Assembly (NCBI GenBank): GCA_036172245.1
Contig: JAYWIR010000035.1
Location: forward strand, 1,922,001 to 1,986,000
Source of the DNA: Raillietiella orientalis
Taxonomy: Eukaryota
DNA length: 64,000 nt
Direction of reading: 5' to 3'
The notes beneath the pieces are model-generated. The model was not told the origin of the DNA and made no database searches. It saw only the letters and a program-made list of their open reading frames with translations. Positions 27,519-40,070 of the stretch are shown piece after piece (the first letter of the stretch is position 1; each line of letters opens with the position of its first letter). A program made the position numbers and the translations under genes.

Positions 27519-30500
27519 ATGTTGAGAAGCATATTTTTGTGTTTTTTCTTCATGCTTCAGCTTGTGGTATCGAATGACCATTCGAATACTCTGGAGATTA
27601 AGATGCCCGGAGCGTCTGTTGACCAGGTAAGTTGATTCTGCAATTGTAGACCAGCACAAATGTGTAATAAAAAATTTTCAAATTGATAATTTCTTACTAG
27701 GATGATGCATATATGTGCACCTTTGTGCATTTAAATCAGACAATGTATGTTACATCGTTTGAGACTCTGATAGTTGAACATAGGGCACATCATGCACTAT
27801 TGTTTACGTGCAAGTCGGTCCCTGATCCAACCGAAAAACTTTGGTGATTTAAATTTTTACTTAGTTGTCTTTCTTGAAGATTGGGTACTTATGCTATGTT
27901 TGATAGTATTTTTGCAAACTGTATTACATATGTCGCTAATTTTAGGTCCTGCACTCATACAGATGTATGCACTGATTATCAAATACTGTTTGCATGGGCT
28001 CACAATGGGCAGAACAAGCAACTTCCACCTGATGTTGGATTTCAAATAGGAAATAACTTAACCCAGTATCTAGTGCTCCAAATACATTATGCTCACAGAA
28101 TATCAGATGCCACCAAAGATACAAGTGGATTGCTTCTCAGAGTGACAAAGAACAGGTAACCATAGCCAGTATATCTGTAAATCTATTGCTTTTCAGACCC
28201 ACTAAATTGGCAGGCATTTTATTGGTTGCATCTAACTCATTTATTTTACCACCTAATAAGAAAAGTGAGTAGGTTTCTTTCATATGATAAATTGATAGGA
28301 TTAGTGATTATGTGCAGAAGTGAATGTGGATGTGAGCTGCCAGATCACTCTACCTAAGCCTGTTGAAGTATTTGCCTATAGAGTTCATGCACATCATTTG
28401 GGACGTACAATTTCAGGATATAAGTTTATTTCTGAAGTAGGTATCTTACTATTTGGTAGTTAAATCAGTATACCCCTCAGACCAGCACTTTTATTCCATT
28501 AGTCAAAGGAGATGCACAGTGGCCTCAGACATTTTATCCCTTGGATCCTCCTGCTACCTTGCATCCTGGCCAGCATCTGGCTGTGCGTTGCTCTTATAAT
28601 ACTCAAAACCAAACTAAAGCTATTTTTGTTGGGAGAACTGCTACTGATGAAATGTGTAATTTGTATTTGATGTACTGCACTGATCTTTTCAAACCCACAT
28701 TTTATGCATGTGGTGAAGAATATCGTCTGTCTTTGCCTCTTCCTCCTGCAGCAGATGTGCCCTTTTCCTATGATCCCTTTGCCAATGCTGGGAATCAGGT
28801 AAATTGGCAAAGAATTTCATCATGCCCAATATTCCAAAGTTAACAGTCAGTAGTGGTGCCCACTTATGAAAGACCATATGCTCATCATAAAAAAATCCAT
28901 TCAGAAGTGCCACCTGATTATGAGGAAGTGCAAGAATCATCTCGGCAGATTTGGGATGCTAGCCAAGGTGAAAAGCCTTTATACAACTTTTCTGCTGACT
29001 GCCTTTAGGAGGCTACCAGGTAGTGTTGAGTTGGCCCAGAAGACCTCTTCAGGTAGGTCAAGTCACAGGAGTGGCCCAGGACCTAGATGGGGATGTGGTG
29101 ATCTTGCATCGTGGAGATGTTACATGGGGTAGTGACTCCTTTGATGTAAATAATAGATGGGCATATCAAGACAAACAGCCCATTGCTCAGCCTACTGTAT
29201 TAACTTTATCTCAAACTACTGGAGAGCTTCTACATGGATGGGGCAGCAACATGTGAGACCTCAGTGCAGATAGATTTCTGCTATCTTTGTATGTAGTTTT
29301 CACATGCCTCATGGACTAACCATTGACCGCTATGGCTGGCTGTACGTCACAGACGTTGCTTTACACCAAATGTTTAAATTCCGTCCAAGAGGTGGGGATT
29401 CAGGGAAACCTGAAATGATACTGGGTACACGCTTTGAACCGGGTAATGATCGCAACCATTTTTGCAAGCCAACCAGTGTGGCGGTGGCTCCTGAGGGTGA
29501 TATGTTTGTTGCTGATGGATACTGCAATGCCCGCATTGTCCATTTTAATTCCTTTGGTCAGTGGTTGGAAGAATTTGGGTCCCAATTGTCTCCCAAGCTC
29601 TTGGTGCCACATCACCTCAGTATAATTCCTAAGCATCAGACTCTTTGCATAGCCAACCGGGAACATGGTATTGTCCAATGTGTGGCTTATCGTCAGAACT
29701 TTAAATCAGTGTCTGATATCACTCTTCGTGAATTTAGAGGCCGTGTGTACTCTGTTCAGTATGTTCCAGCATATGGTGAGATGAAAAATTGTTCAATGAA
29801 AATTTCTTATGCCTTACTGTGTAGGAGGGCTCCTATTCGTGCTATCAGGGAAAGGAGCCCCTCATCCCATTGGAGTTGTCCTCAACTATCATGACAAGAG
29901 TTTGCTGACTACTTTCAGTCCAGGGAAAGGCGAAGCATTTGGCAATCCACATGCTTTGCATGTTAGCAATGATGGACAAGAGATATATGTGGTTGAACTA
30001 GATTCACCCCATGTATGGAAGTTCCAACGAGGTAAAGAGGTTACACTCACTGTTGGTCCTTGTACTATTTGGACTTTGCTGACTCGAAGATGTTTGCAAC
30101 ACCAGTGGCAAAGATTGGGTTGGCAAGTTGGCTAAAAAAAAAATTCGTGTGCTTGATTTGCTGTGTTGTTTGGACAAAATTTTCTTTAGCTTACAAAATT
30201 CTGTCAAAATCTTGTTGTTTGCAGGAATTCACACTGGTTCCATTTCTACACCAATTTCTACCTGGAGTGCATTTCTTATCATTATGTTGCTTTTGGCCCT
30301 GCCTGTTTTCCTATTGGTGATTGTAGCTATGTACCTGCGTTACAAACAGCAGGGTGAGCCATATGGCACTGTGTAATTTGTGTAGCACCTTTGTCTTAGG
30401 AACTCTGCAGCACAGGAAACTGTTTACTGGATTTTCTGATGACACAGGATTTGCCAAATTGATTAGTAAAGAAGGCTTATTGCAAGAGAGCAGTGAAAGT

Positions 30501-30548
30501 GAAGAGGAAGCTTTCTCACTAAGTCAGTTACATCAGTTGCATGCATGA
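27519..30548 (+). CDS. PAM: Bifunctional peptidylglycine alpha-amidating monooxygenase (signal peptide, PHM, PAL, TM, cytosolic tail), about 12 exons
   Basis: Signal peptide MLRSIFLCFFFMLQLVVS. PHM copper ligands RAHHALL, LQIHY, RVHAHHLG, DEMCNLY. PAL motifs GQVTGVA, MPHGLTID, FCKPTSVAV, DGYCNARI, ANRE. TM segment ~30268-30336 and acidic tail ESSESEEE, stop at 30548. GT-AG introns of about 41-190 nt. An alternative in-frame ATG lies at 27498. Confidence 0.95.
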
Positions 30549-30925
30549 CATTCCATAGATAGCATGCAGTTGTTGCAATGCAGAAAATGGCCTTGTTACA
30601 TTTTGGCAGTCATTTGCCGTGTTCTTTGTTCTAGTCATATAGTGAGGTGATAGACTACTTCATGATGTGCATTGCAACAGTTGTCATGTCTGCAACTCTT
30701 TCCAAAATTTTATATTGACGGATGCTTATTCCTTGTGCAGCAGATTAATTTTATAGGATACCGAAACTTTATTTGTATAAGCAAAAATTATTAAAAAATA
30801 ATCATAAAAGACACATTTTTATCAGAATGGTCAAGATTGCTGTTACCCTTCACATTATTTTCACATAAAAACATTTCTCCAAAGAAAGTGCTGAGTTTAG
30901 TAGCTAAAGGGTTTGTAGTTGCTGC

Positions 30926-33629
30926 CTAACGTACAATTTGAAATTTCCATAAAGTCGGAAAGTTATAACCTAAATCAGCAACATAAATTGTTGCTCCTTG
31001 CTTATCTGCTGTTAGAGCATGTGGGTGTCCAAATCCCTAATTTGAAATTAAAAACCATTATAGTGTGTCTCACAGTAAATTCTTACAGTTTCTGGCCCCC
31101 ACATGTTTACTATAAGGTTGTTTCGGAAATCCACGGAGAATCCAGTTGCCCTCTTGGTTTGTAGACTGTTTGTGCCTGTGGCACCATAGATTTGGTAATC
31201 TAAAGGATTACGATGTTAATAACTTATTCTTCATATGAATTAGCAAGAGATGGTGAGGAGAATATAGTAATGGTACAGGAATTCTTTGACACAGTGAATT
31301 TCACATGTTGATATGGAAATATGGTGGTAAACTCAAAGAAAGGAATAGTACAAGCATTAAGTTTTTTTCAAAATAGACTTTTATTCACTGAGATCTAGAG
31401 GAAGGTTGGAAAAGAACTTACCTACAAAGGTGATGTCATAGGCTAGTCCTGGAGAAGCAATCTGGAATAAATACTTTCCAGTTATTGAAGGATTATATAA
31501 GCCTGCTATGAAACACTGAATACGGTAGTGATTCCTATCAGCTACACAAATTATATCCAGTTCTTCATGTAGCGCGATTCCATGAGGAATAGCTAATTCA
31601 GCAGGGAGCATCAGACCTGAAGCTGAGAATTTGTTGATTTAGGGTGTTAGAGGTTATTTGTGATCTCATTACCTTTTCTCCCCCATTGCATCTTCATGTG
31701 GCCAAAAGGGTCATACCTTATGATTCTGGAGTTGCAATAACCATCGGATACAAAAATGTCGCCACTCACACTAATTGCTACATCAGTTGGCTTGCAGAAA
31801 TGGCGATCATCAGAGCCTGGTTGAAATCTTTGGCCCAAAGTTAGCTCTGGGTATGCGAATTGTCCTTTCGCAAACTATGATTGAAAACAAATATATGTAT
31901 ATATATGCAAAGAAATTGAAGATCTGTACTTTAAAAATCTGATGCATGGCCACATCTGTGATCCATGTATTGCCTCGGTGATCAATGGTGATGCTATGTG
32001 GCAAATAAAATGTTGCATTTCCCCATTTTCTGAGTATGGTTCCTGACTGAGAATCCACCGTTATTACCACATCTTCCAAAATAGGACCAAGATTTTGGTG
32101 GCGATATGTATGGTTTGGATAAAATGACCTAAGGATAGAAGACCATTATCATCAACATTTGTGCTGTTTTCGATAAGTAATTCGTGGTTCGCGTATTTGT
32201 AGCTCAAGTCGATGCCTGAAACCACGTGTTTGTTTCCTTTCGCTTTCGTAAATAAACAAGTTCAGTTCTGTAAACGGTTTTGTTATTTACTGTTTAGATT
32301 TCCTTTCGTAGAAGCACTTATCTCTCATTTGGAACTGCACAGTTGGGACTCGTGATTTGTTGCTTGGCCGAGTATATCAAAGCTCAACCCATAAAGGATT
32401 CTCGTAACTCGATGCATTGCTTACCCGATTTCCATTAGTCATTTTGAAATATTGTGACTGTTCACTCGGATGAAATGCAGTCTGGTCATGACTTTTTCAT
32501 CAAAGATCAAGGAGTAACGAGTGCTTCGGAGTATTTTTTATTTCTTTCAAAAAAGAAGTAATGCTCTCGCGACAAGTTTGACAATCGTTAGGGATAGCTC
32601 GCAACTTCATTTCGATGCAATGGCCATTGAAGATTATCTCATCTTTGTCTAGAGGATCTCTGGATCTCCATTGCCCACATTTCAAAATTTTTTTTCTGGC
32701 CAAGTCATCCAAATAACTCAGCTTTCAAAAAACAGACAAAACTATAATCAAGCTGCAGCTGGTTCTATGCGAGCACAGTAGAGCTCAGGGTGGCTGAAGG
32801 AGAGTAGAAAGCAATGAGCACTGCCATGTCTGATACAAAGAATGTGTCTCCGCTAATCTCGGGGAAAACCAAATAGATTGAGAAAGGCAGTTTCATATTA
32901 TGAGATTCCCCTCAAACTTATCAAGAAAAACAACAACAAAAAAACAAACCAGTGAGCAAGTGAACGCCTGTGGTTTTTCAACTACTCTTCGTCAGGATCT
33001 TTGATATGGTGTAGTTATCATGAAACTCCTTCCAACTCCTTTGGAGAATTTAAAAAAACAGCAGTTCACACTCCTTGCCCTTCTGAAATCGGACTTAACA
33101 GCTATTGAAATTCACCATAAAAGAGATCCTAGAACGAATTCACAAAGATGCACTTCTCAGAAACGAAAGCACCCTGCGTAGTTTTTCAGATAGGCAAATG
33201 CAGGTCTTGGCATTTTCGGAAGACGCAAGGAATTCAATAAAAAGAAAGCAAAAGAGTTGACTCTTTTGCTTTCTTTTTATTGAATTGTCGTCGTGGTAGA
33301 GTTTCACTACTTCAGCAAGTCTTAAAAATTGAAATCTTTTCTCGTTCATTAAGGGACATTTGTTGCAAGAAACTTGTGGGGGACTAGATAAACTGTGGAA
33401 CGCCGGTTTAGAGGATGTATTCATCTCTGTTATGTCAATTGAGGAAGAAGCCTTATTCTAGAAGAAAAAAAACGGTAAAGGCAAGTACTCACTCGGAATT
33501 CCATTTCCTTGGACCTCGGTGGATTAGCACTGGGTTGTTTTCTTGGTCAATGCTCACTCCCGTGACTTCTCCTAAGCCTAGGCCACGAAGGGGCCAGTGT
33601 TCATCTTCTTGCAGTCTCACAGCGGAAAT
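30926..33629 (-). CDS. PAL: Monofunctional peptidyl-alpha-hydroxyglycine alpha-amidating lyase (PAL, NHL repeats); first exon not resolved
   Basis: Exons ~33629-33493 (HWPLRGLGLGEVTGVSIDQENNPVLIHRG), ~32128-31930 (FYLPHSITID..TDVAMHQIFK), ~31875-31673 (FCKPTDVA..DGYCNSRI), ~31617-31422 (IPHGIAL..VADR), ~31199-31087 and ~31036-30926 (GHPHAL..LWKFQIVR*). No PHM domain or TM segment seen. Confidence 0.9.
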
Positions 33630-34349
33630 CTGGATTATTAATAAAATCACATTTTATGCAGGCTGGAGATTGCGCGCGCGTCGATTGCCCTATCCCAGTG
33701 ACAACCAGAAGTGCCCGTTTTTAACGCCTGTCGACGACTGTGCGTGCGTGCCATTCCACAGGAAAAAGAAGTTGCAAAATGCCGGAACAATAACGCTTCT
33801 AGGAATGAGAGAAAAAGTGTCTTATCTTGCCGAAAATTATCTTTCTGATTCATAGTGTCGAGGAAGGAAATCAAGCACGCGGACCTACCTACTACTGCAA
33901 AGGTGGGAACCTGGAGGTCCCAATCTCAAGGTTGAAAACTCGAACTGTGTGCATTTCGATTATTAAAATCACAGTGATTAGCATTAGCGAAGCAAGGAGT
34001 GAGATTTCTTTTGTATCTAAGATCCAACGATCTCGGGGTAACGAATCTGGCACCACTGTATTCCGTATCGGAATGCATTCTCCCTCGCACTTTTTCCAAA
34101 CGAAAACTATAGAGAGGGCGCGTTCAAGTCGAAAGTTTTCTGAAACTTACGAAAACTCAATGTTACATGCTCCGTAAGCGCAATTTCTTTTACTGCAGCC
34201 ACCCATATGTGGTGCTGCTCCATTCTATGTACGATGAAAATTCCGCTCTGTGTATACATACTGCTAACAAACAGTGTACAGTAGTAGAGAAGATCATGTT
34301 CTTTCTTTTCAATGTGCTGTCTCCTGTACCTTGATTATAATTTATCTTC

Positions 34350-34840
34350 ACATCATCCGATATCTCACTTATCGGATGGGAGCCAACTTCCTCCGGAAAT
34401 CTGAAGCGGAAGAAACGGGCGTTCTGTTGCCAAAAGTAGAATCGCAGACAGCACTTTTGCTGAACACACGCGTCAGAGAGGCAGTCAGTCATCCCAGCAA
34501 ACTTTCGCTTTCTCCGAAGCACCGATCCTCTTGAAGGCGTTTGGCTACGGGCACAGAGTCAAGCGACGGCACCATAGTCAGGAAGCAACGCATCGTATCC
34601 AACTTCGCGTCTTCTCTAACTGTTTCAATGCATGTGCGAACGCTTGACCTTTCGAAACTCATCGATGAACTCACAAACTTCACGCGCAGCGCAGCGTCCA
34701 GCCGAGGACAGCAAGCTGACCGCACCGTTCTTACCAAAGCGATGCGAGCGAACGAACAACAGGTCAAGCGTCAGCGATATGGAAGGAAGCACTCAGCGAC
34801 GAAACCAGATGACAGTTTTCAGGAGACCGTGACACCATGA
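34350..34840 (+). pseudogene. Possible orthomyxovirus-like PB1 C-terminal EVE fragment
   Basis: LSDG (34369) / ...EETG...RVREAVSHP...QADRTVLTKAMR resembles PB1 LVSDGG...PE...RLCNP...NRSILNT. Frameshifted, and the spacing is longer than in influenza PB1. Confidence 0.3.
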
Positions 34841-35479
34841 GCATCGTGAATCTCTCCAGATACAAGGAGCGATTATTTCGAAGTGAGAAGCTGACGCCTC
34901 CCGTGTTAACTCCCAGCATCGACTGCAACTTTCGCACATCCGCCTGCACCGGAGTACTGACAATCCGGGGGCAGAAAAAAAGAAAGAAAAATCTTCCGAA
35001 AAGAAGTGAGGAGGGGTGAGGACCGATGCAATGCCGTGAGACACGATTAAATAAGGCTGCTTCGCCCACAGGATCTGGACGAATGACCTTGGGTAGGTTT
35101 TGCCTACGTGAGCGTTGCGTTCCAGAGCACGGAGAACGTATCATCACTCCCCTCAGCGTGGGGGACCATGTATTGTGATCTATACGGCAAGTGAGATGTT
35201 TGATGGCACAAAGGAAATAATGGACCGAGCAGCTAACTCCTTGCCGAGCGCGAGAATCGGGAGTGCAAAGGCATGCCGGAAGGCTTTCTCGCCAAGACGA
35301 ACGGGGGATCAATAGCAAGGCATGATTGCGTAGGTGGAGAGCACAGCAAGGAAACTGCCCGCGGAACTGGGTCACGGGCTGAGGCTACATCGAATAGGAA
35401 TTCCTTGCTCGCATACTGTGGTCGTGCTAGGGTGACTCCCGGAAAAGAACACCCTATGAACACCGTGTCGTAAAACGTC

Positions 35480-36650
35480 ATGTGCAAAGCATTCTATGAG
35501 GGCGCTGGACAGCGAATGGGTCAGCCAAGCTGTAGGGAACGCAAAGCGGAAAAAAAGGGGGAATACAAATGGCGGAAAAAGCGTAGGGCAGGGAGGTTCT
35601 TAACCTCCCCCCGTCCCAGGAGAGAGAAAGAAAAAAAAGGGTTGAGAGATGACAGGAGATGAAAACTGCGTGACTTGCGTAGCCAGTGCTTCCAGATGAG
35701 GGAAGTGATGATGTGCGTCACCAGTTTTTCTGCCGATCGAGATGGCAGACAGGGGCGGAAATCACGTATCGTAGGAATCTCTCGGGCTTTCGAGATCTGG
35801 CAGAGTGCATCCCCTTCGTGCACTCTGGGTCTTCTCTCGAAGGTCCGCGTCACCTCCCCAGACCGCCTTCCCAACGTAGGCCGGAAGAACCTTTTCAGGA
35901 ACTCCTCTGGAGTCCTGATTTTCCCACGTGGTCTGCAGAAGCAACCGAGGCCTCGCGTGCGCGCGGGGAGTCCGCTAAGGGCTGTCTCTGGCTACTTTGA
36001 ACCGGTAGGAGGGCACCTGGGATCAGACGGGTGGAGCGGTGACCGGACCCTTCGATAGTTGCGGGGTAGCAGTGCCCCCTCGCGTTTCCTCTGGAAAAAG
36101 GGACATGCAGTTCCGCGAGAAACATGGGAGCAAGGGAGGAGGGCTAGAGATCGGTGGCTGAGTTCCTCAGAGAATGGCCCCCGACTTCCTTACCTCCCAG
36201 GAGCTTGGAGGCAGAGTGTTGCTGAGAGGAAGGAGGAAGCGAAGGACAAAGAAAAGGGTCAGCAGCGGCAGCGCTGACCTCCGAGGTCATACCCTCCTCC
36301 TCTCCCTTCCTACCTTGCTGGCGACAGACCTGCCGCTTGCTTCCACCCATTCTTCCCGAAAACAAAGCAGGAGAAACGGCAACAGCAGCGGAGGAACCAT
36401 CTCCCCTTTCCCTCCGGTCCAGATCTGCACCTCACGATCGATCTGCTGGCCGAAGCAGCTGCGGGACTGAGGGGCAGCGGCGTCTGCGCGGGACCGACCA
36501 ACCACCCCCGCGCGAGAGGACGAAAAAGCTGACGACGACGAGATGCCTTCGGTTATTCTCGCAAGAGGATCCTCGATCTCGGGGTTGCCTGCAGATGCAC
36601 ATTGTCCCTACCTTCCCCCTCCCCCTTTTTCTCCCCCCTTCTTGAATGAA
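35480..36650 (+). mobile_element. GC-rich decayed segment, possibly a LINE 5' region or ORF1
   Basis: Composition is similar to the Tx1-like elements here. Broken frames include SDGWSGDRTLR (like the ORF1 GxRxxxM region) and basic/Pro-rich stretches. No definitive motif. Confidence 0.3.
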
Positions 36651-36957
36651 ACCTGATTTCTAGGAGGCAGACCGGATCAGCGAAATGAATGAGCAATTCC
36701 TTCTGCAGAGAGGTTTGCTTTCTTTTTGTCGTTTCTTTCCTCCCTACTCCCCTCAGGAAGAATTGTTGCTCCTGTGTGGTAAAAGTTGGCAGAGCAAGAA
36801 TGCCTGGATCGTTGAGAATACAAAGTAAAGAAGCTGCAGACTCAGCTTCTTCCGCCGGGAAGGGGGGTAGGCCTGAGGTACACAACATGAAGTACTAAAG
36901 TTCTGTTCCACTGGAATAACAAAGTGTGTTATATTCAGGAAACAAAAAAAGCATTGT

Positions 36958-37029
36958 TGCGCTAGCCGGGAATCGAACCCGGGACAATTGCTTGGAAGGC
37001 AACTATGTTAACCACTACACCACCAGCGC
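36958..37029 (-). tRNA. tRNA-Gly (TCC)
   Basis: GCGCTGGTGGTGTAGTGGTTAACATAGTTGCCTTCCAAGCAATTGTCCCGGGTTCGATTCCCGGCTAGCGCA: intact cloverleaf, TCC anticodon, B box GGTTCGATTCC, T7 terminator downstream. Confidence 0.95.
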
Positions 37030-38605
37030 CCATCAGTTTGTTGCTTTGTTTCAACATATGTAGTTTCTCAATATCTCAGAAGCCATGCTACTGATGCTAG
37101 AAATTTGTCTACACTTTATAAGGTTGATCATCCGACTTTCACCACGCCTATTCTAATCACTTTATTTGAAGCAAAAGGCTGATACAAATGTATTCATCCG
37201 AACAGCAAATCATGAATGCTTTCGTATATCATGATTACTGCTCGAACAGTTTGATCGTCTAGCATTGGTTCCAATATCTTGAAGAATTCAACAGAAGACC
37301 AGGGAGAAACAAAAAGTTGCATCTGCATTCATTGTTTTGCTTGCATTCTCCCCAAATTTCACATAAATATCGCTTCTTATGCTTTTTATTTCATAATTAA
37401 AATATGGATTTGTACATTTGGGTTTTTGTACATAAGTTAGTAGGCGGAACTAATTGAAAACATTTTTGCTCTTGATTTAATAGTTATGGCCTTTGTATTT
37501 TCAAAAAAATTATTATGTAATTAATTGCGGAATGCTTATTCGAGGAACTGAAATTTATATGTTACAGTATACAATGTTGCATATTCTGAGTTTTGTTGTA
37601 GTTGCAAAATACTTACCAGATTTTATCTACCTATCTAATTAAGAATGCAAGCACGAAATAATGCTGGTAATTAAAAGTTGCTAAATCTCTTATATGCATT
37701 CAAAAGTAAGTATTTCACTGGAATGCTCGTGATTTCGGCAATCGGCGATATTATTACTGATGTGGAGTCATTGAAGATGTACGTAAAGATATTCATGAAA
37801 TGGATTCTGTGAACATAAAAGTATTCAAGAATTGTAAGTCTATCATAAAAAAAAATTATCATATTTTAGTGAGGAAGCAACAAAAAGCACTCGAATTCTA
37901 CTTTGAGAATTCATTTGATGCTTCCTGTTAATAATGATTTTGCATGATTTTGTAAATTGGAAGATTCTTACCAGGAATAATATACGATACAAGGACTCAT
38001 AAAATAAATATTAACAATGTGGAACCATGGGAATGAGAACTGTATAAAGTCTCCTATTTTAAAATGATTGCTCTAATACACACTCACAATAGGAATCCTA
38101 ATATTCTAGTAAGAATTACATTGTTTCTGTTTATTAGGTGATAGTAATTGAAAAAAAATTCATTGAGATTCTTTCAGTGGAAAAATTTTAAATCTCATTT
38201 TCACTTGACCTGATTTTGGCACGTTTTCAAATTTTTTGATTTCCTTTCTAATTAAATAATCGCTTCTAATTAATGAGATATCGTTCTTACTATGTCTTCC
38301 ACGATTTAGACCCCGGTTACAATATGAAAAGTGACAAATTTAGACCAGTAGATAAGTACACATCCTTGATCATTTTTGGGTTCATAGATTTTTCAATTAT
38401 ATATAAGATGGCTACAAATACAGTACCACCTTCAACACGACATCCAGCGTTTCCGATGCCAGTTCAAGTTGACAAAACTGCTTGTACAGAACACAATGAG
38501 CAAATTTTAGTTACATGAATGCATCATTTCTGTATCCAAAAGGAATCTTTTCTGATTATTTACTTACCTAAAGATGAATTTTGAAACGCTTTTTATGAGC
38601 CTGAA

Positions 38606-38737
38606 ATTCTTCTCGGCCTTTTGGCTAAGATCAAAATGTGGCAGGAAGATGAGGCAGAGCCACAGTCATTCATATAAAACACAGTGTTGTAACCTTTTTA
38701 TTAATAAAAATCTGTTCTTACCAGCTTAATATCTGAT
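38606..38737 (+). pseudogene. RNU2: U2 snRNA 5' relic interrupted by a 67-nt insertion
   Basis: ttcttctcggccttttggctaagatcaaaatgtggca (38607-38643) matches U2 nt ~3-39 with a mutated branch-point recognition sequence. tctgttcttaccagcttaatatctgat (38711-38737) matches the next U2 segment. The rest of U2 (Sm site, 3' stems) is absent. Confidence 0.85.
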
Positions 38738-40070
38738 TATTTACTTATCTCTAGAAATCTCAAAATTCTCAAGATATGAATTTTGTACTTCCACTTTATA
38801 TAATACTGTGTTCACTCATAATTTTTCACTGAAGTATCTGCTCCTATATTGTGGATGTAGATTATTTCACTGATGGAAATGTTTTTATTTTCACCTCAAT
38901 CTACAAGAACGCAAGAATTCTTCTTGATTGAAAAAGATGCTCAAGAACTGATTTTATGTTTGTTTCTTATTAAAGCATTTTTGAAATAACTTTAACTACA
39001 TTATGCAATATGATAAACGAACAGTTGTTCACAGGCATCTTTTAATGTATTCTGAAGAACAGAATGCTCTTTCGTTATTTCAAATGCTTTATCATCATCT
39101 TATAAGTATTGTTGACGTGCATGAAATAATTTTTATACCAAACGAACAAAACTATGTTGAATTTGTAGATTCCAAAGGAAACTGAAGCTATCCAAAGCTA
39201 TGTCATTTTATCTAGCGTGAATATGCTATTTCTTTGTGATGAAGGCATATGTCAGTTTACTTTTTTCATTTAATTAATCTTACGCTTTTTGAATGTTTGC
39301 ATTCCTGTTTACATGGGACAAGAAATTTGAAAATTTTGCGGGATACGGGAAAACATTTGAAACTTTGACGCAGTTCTAGATCTCGTATTCTATATAATAA
39401 TTTCTTTGTCACTGAGGACGAATTGAAGAGCATTCAAGAAAATATTAAAGCATTAAGTGATGACTATATGATGACATGATGTACGCTTCCCATCATATAA
39501 ACTACCATCTATTTACACACAGGTGTACTTATGACGAATACTGCAGGGGCAAGTATTATTGCGTGAACGTGCTAAAGCATTTTTGGACAAGAAATATCTT
39601 CCACATAAATTAGAAATTTTACTTATGTGATTGAATCCTTAGTCTGATATGAGGATATTAGGTTCGTAACATTTAATTTGGCTTAATGGTGTTTTCTCCG
39701 GGATCTCACGTTACTTGTTATGTGAAACGGGAACAATATACCATTAATTAATTTAGTTAATTAAATCCTAGTATTTAAATATCGAATAAGTCGCTAGTTC
39801 AATAACTTGTGTATACTCATGTATCCTATCCTCTAAATCTGTCGTATTGTCATTTGTGAAAGATATTTCAAATGAGTAAATTGCTATGATAGGCCAAAAC
39901 TATCTTGGAACTTGGCTGCAGAATTTCATTACATAAGCAAATTTGAGTATTGTACATGATGCCACCCATGTGTTTTTTTTTATTTAGGGATATTGATTAA
40001 CATTTACTTAAAAGAGATAGTCATAAGCAGTTATTCTTTCTGATGTATTTTCAATTTACTTATAATTCGG

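Noticed and set aside
38644..38710. Spliceosomal intron in a functional U2 gene
   Set aside because: The insert does not end in AG, the branch-recognition sequence is mutated, and the 3' two-thirds of U2 is missing.
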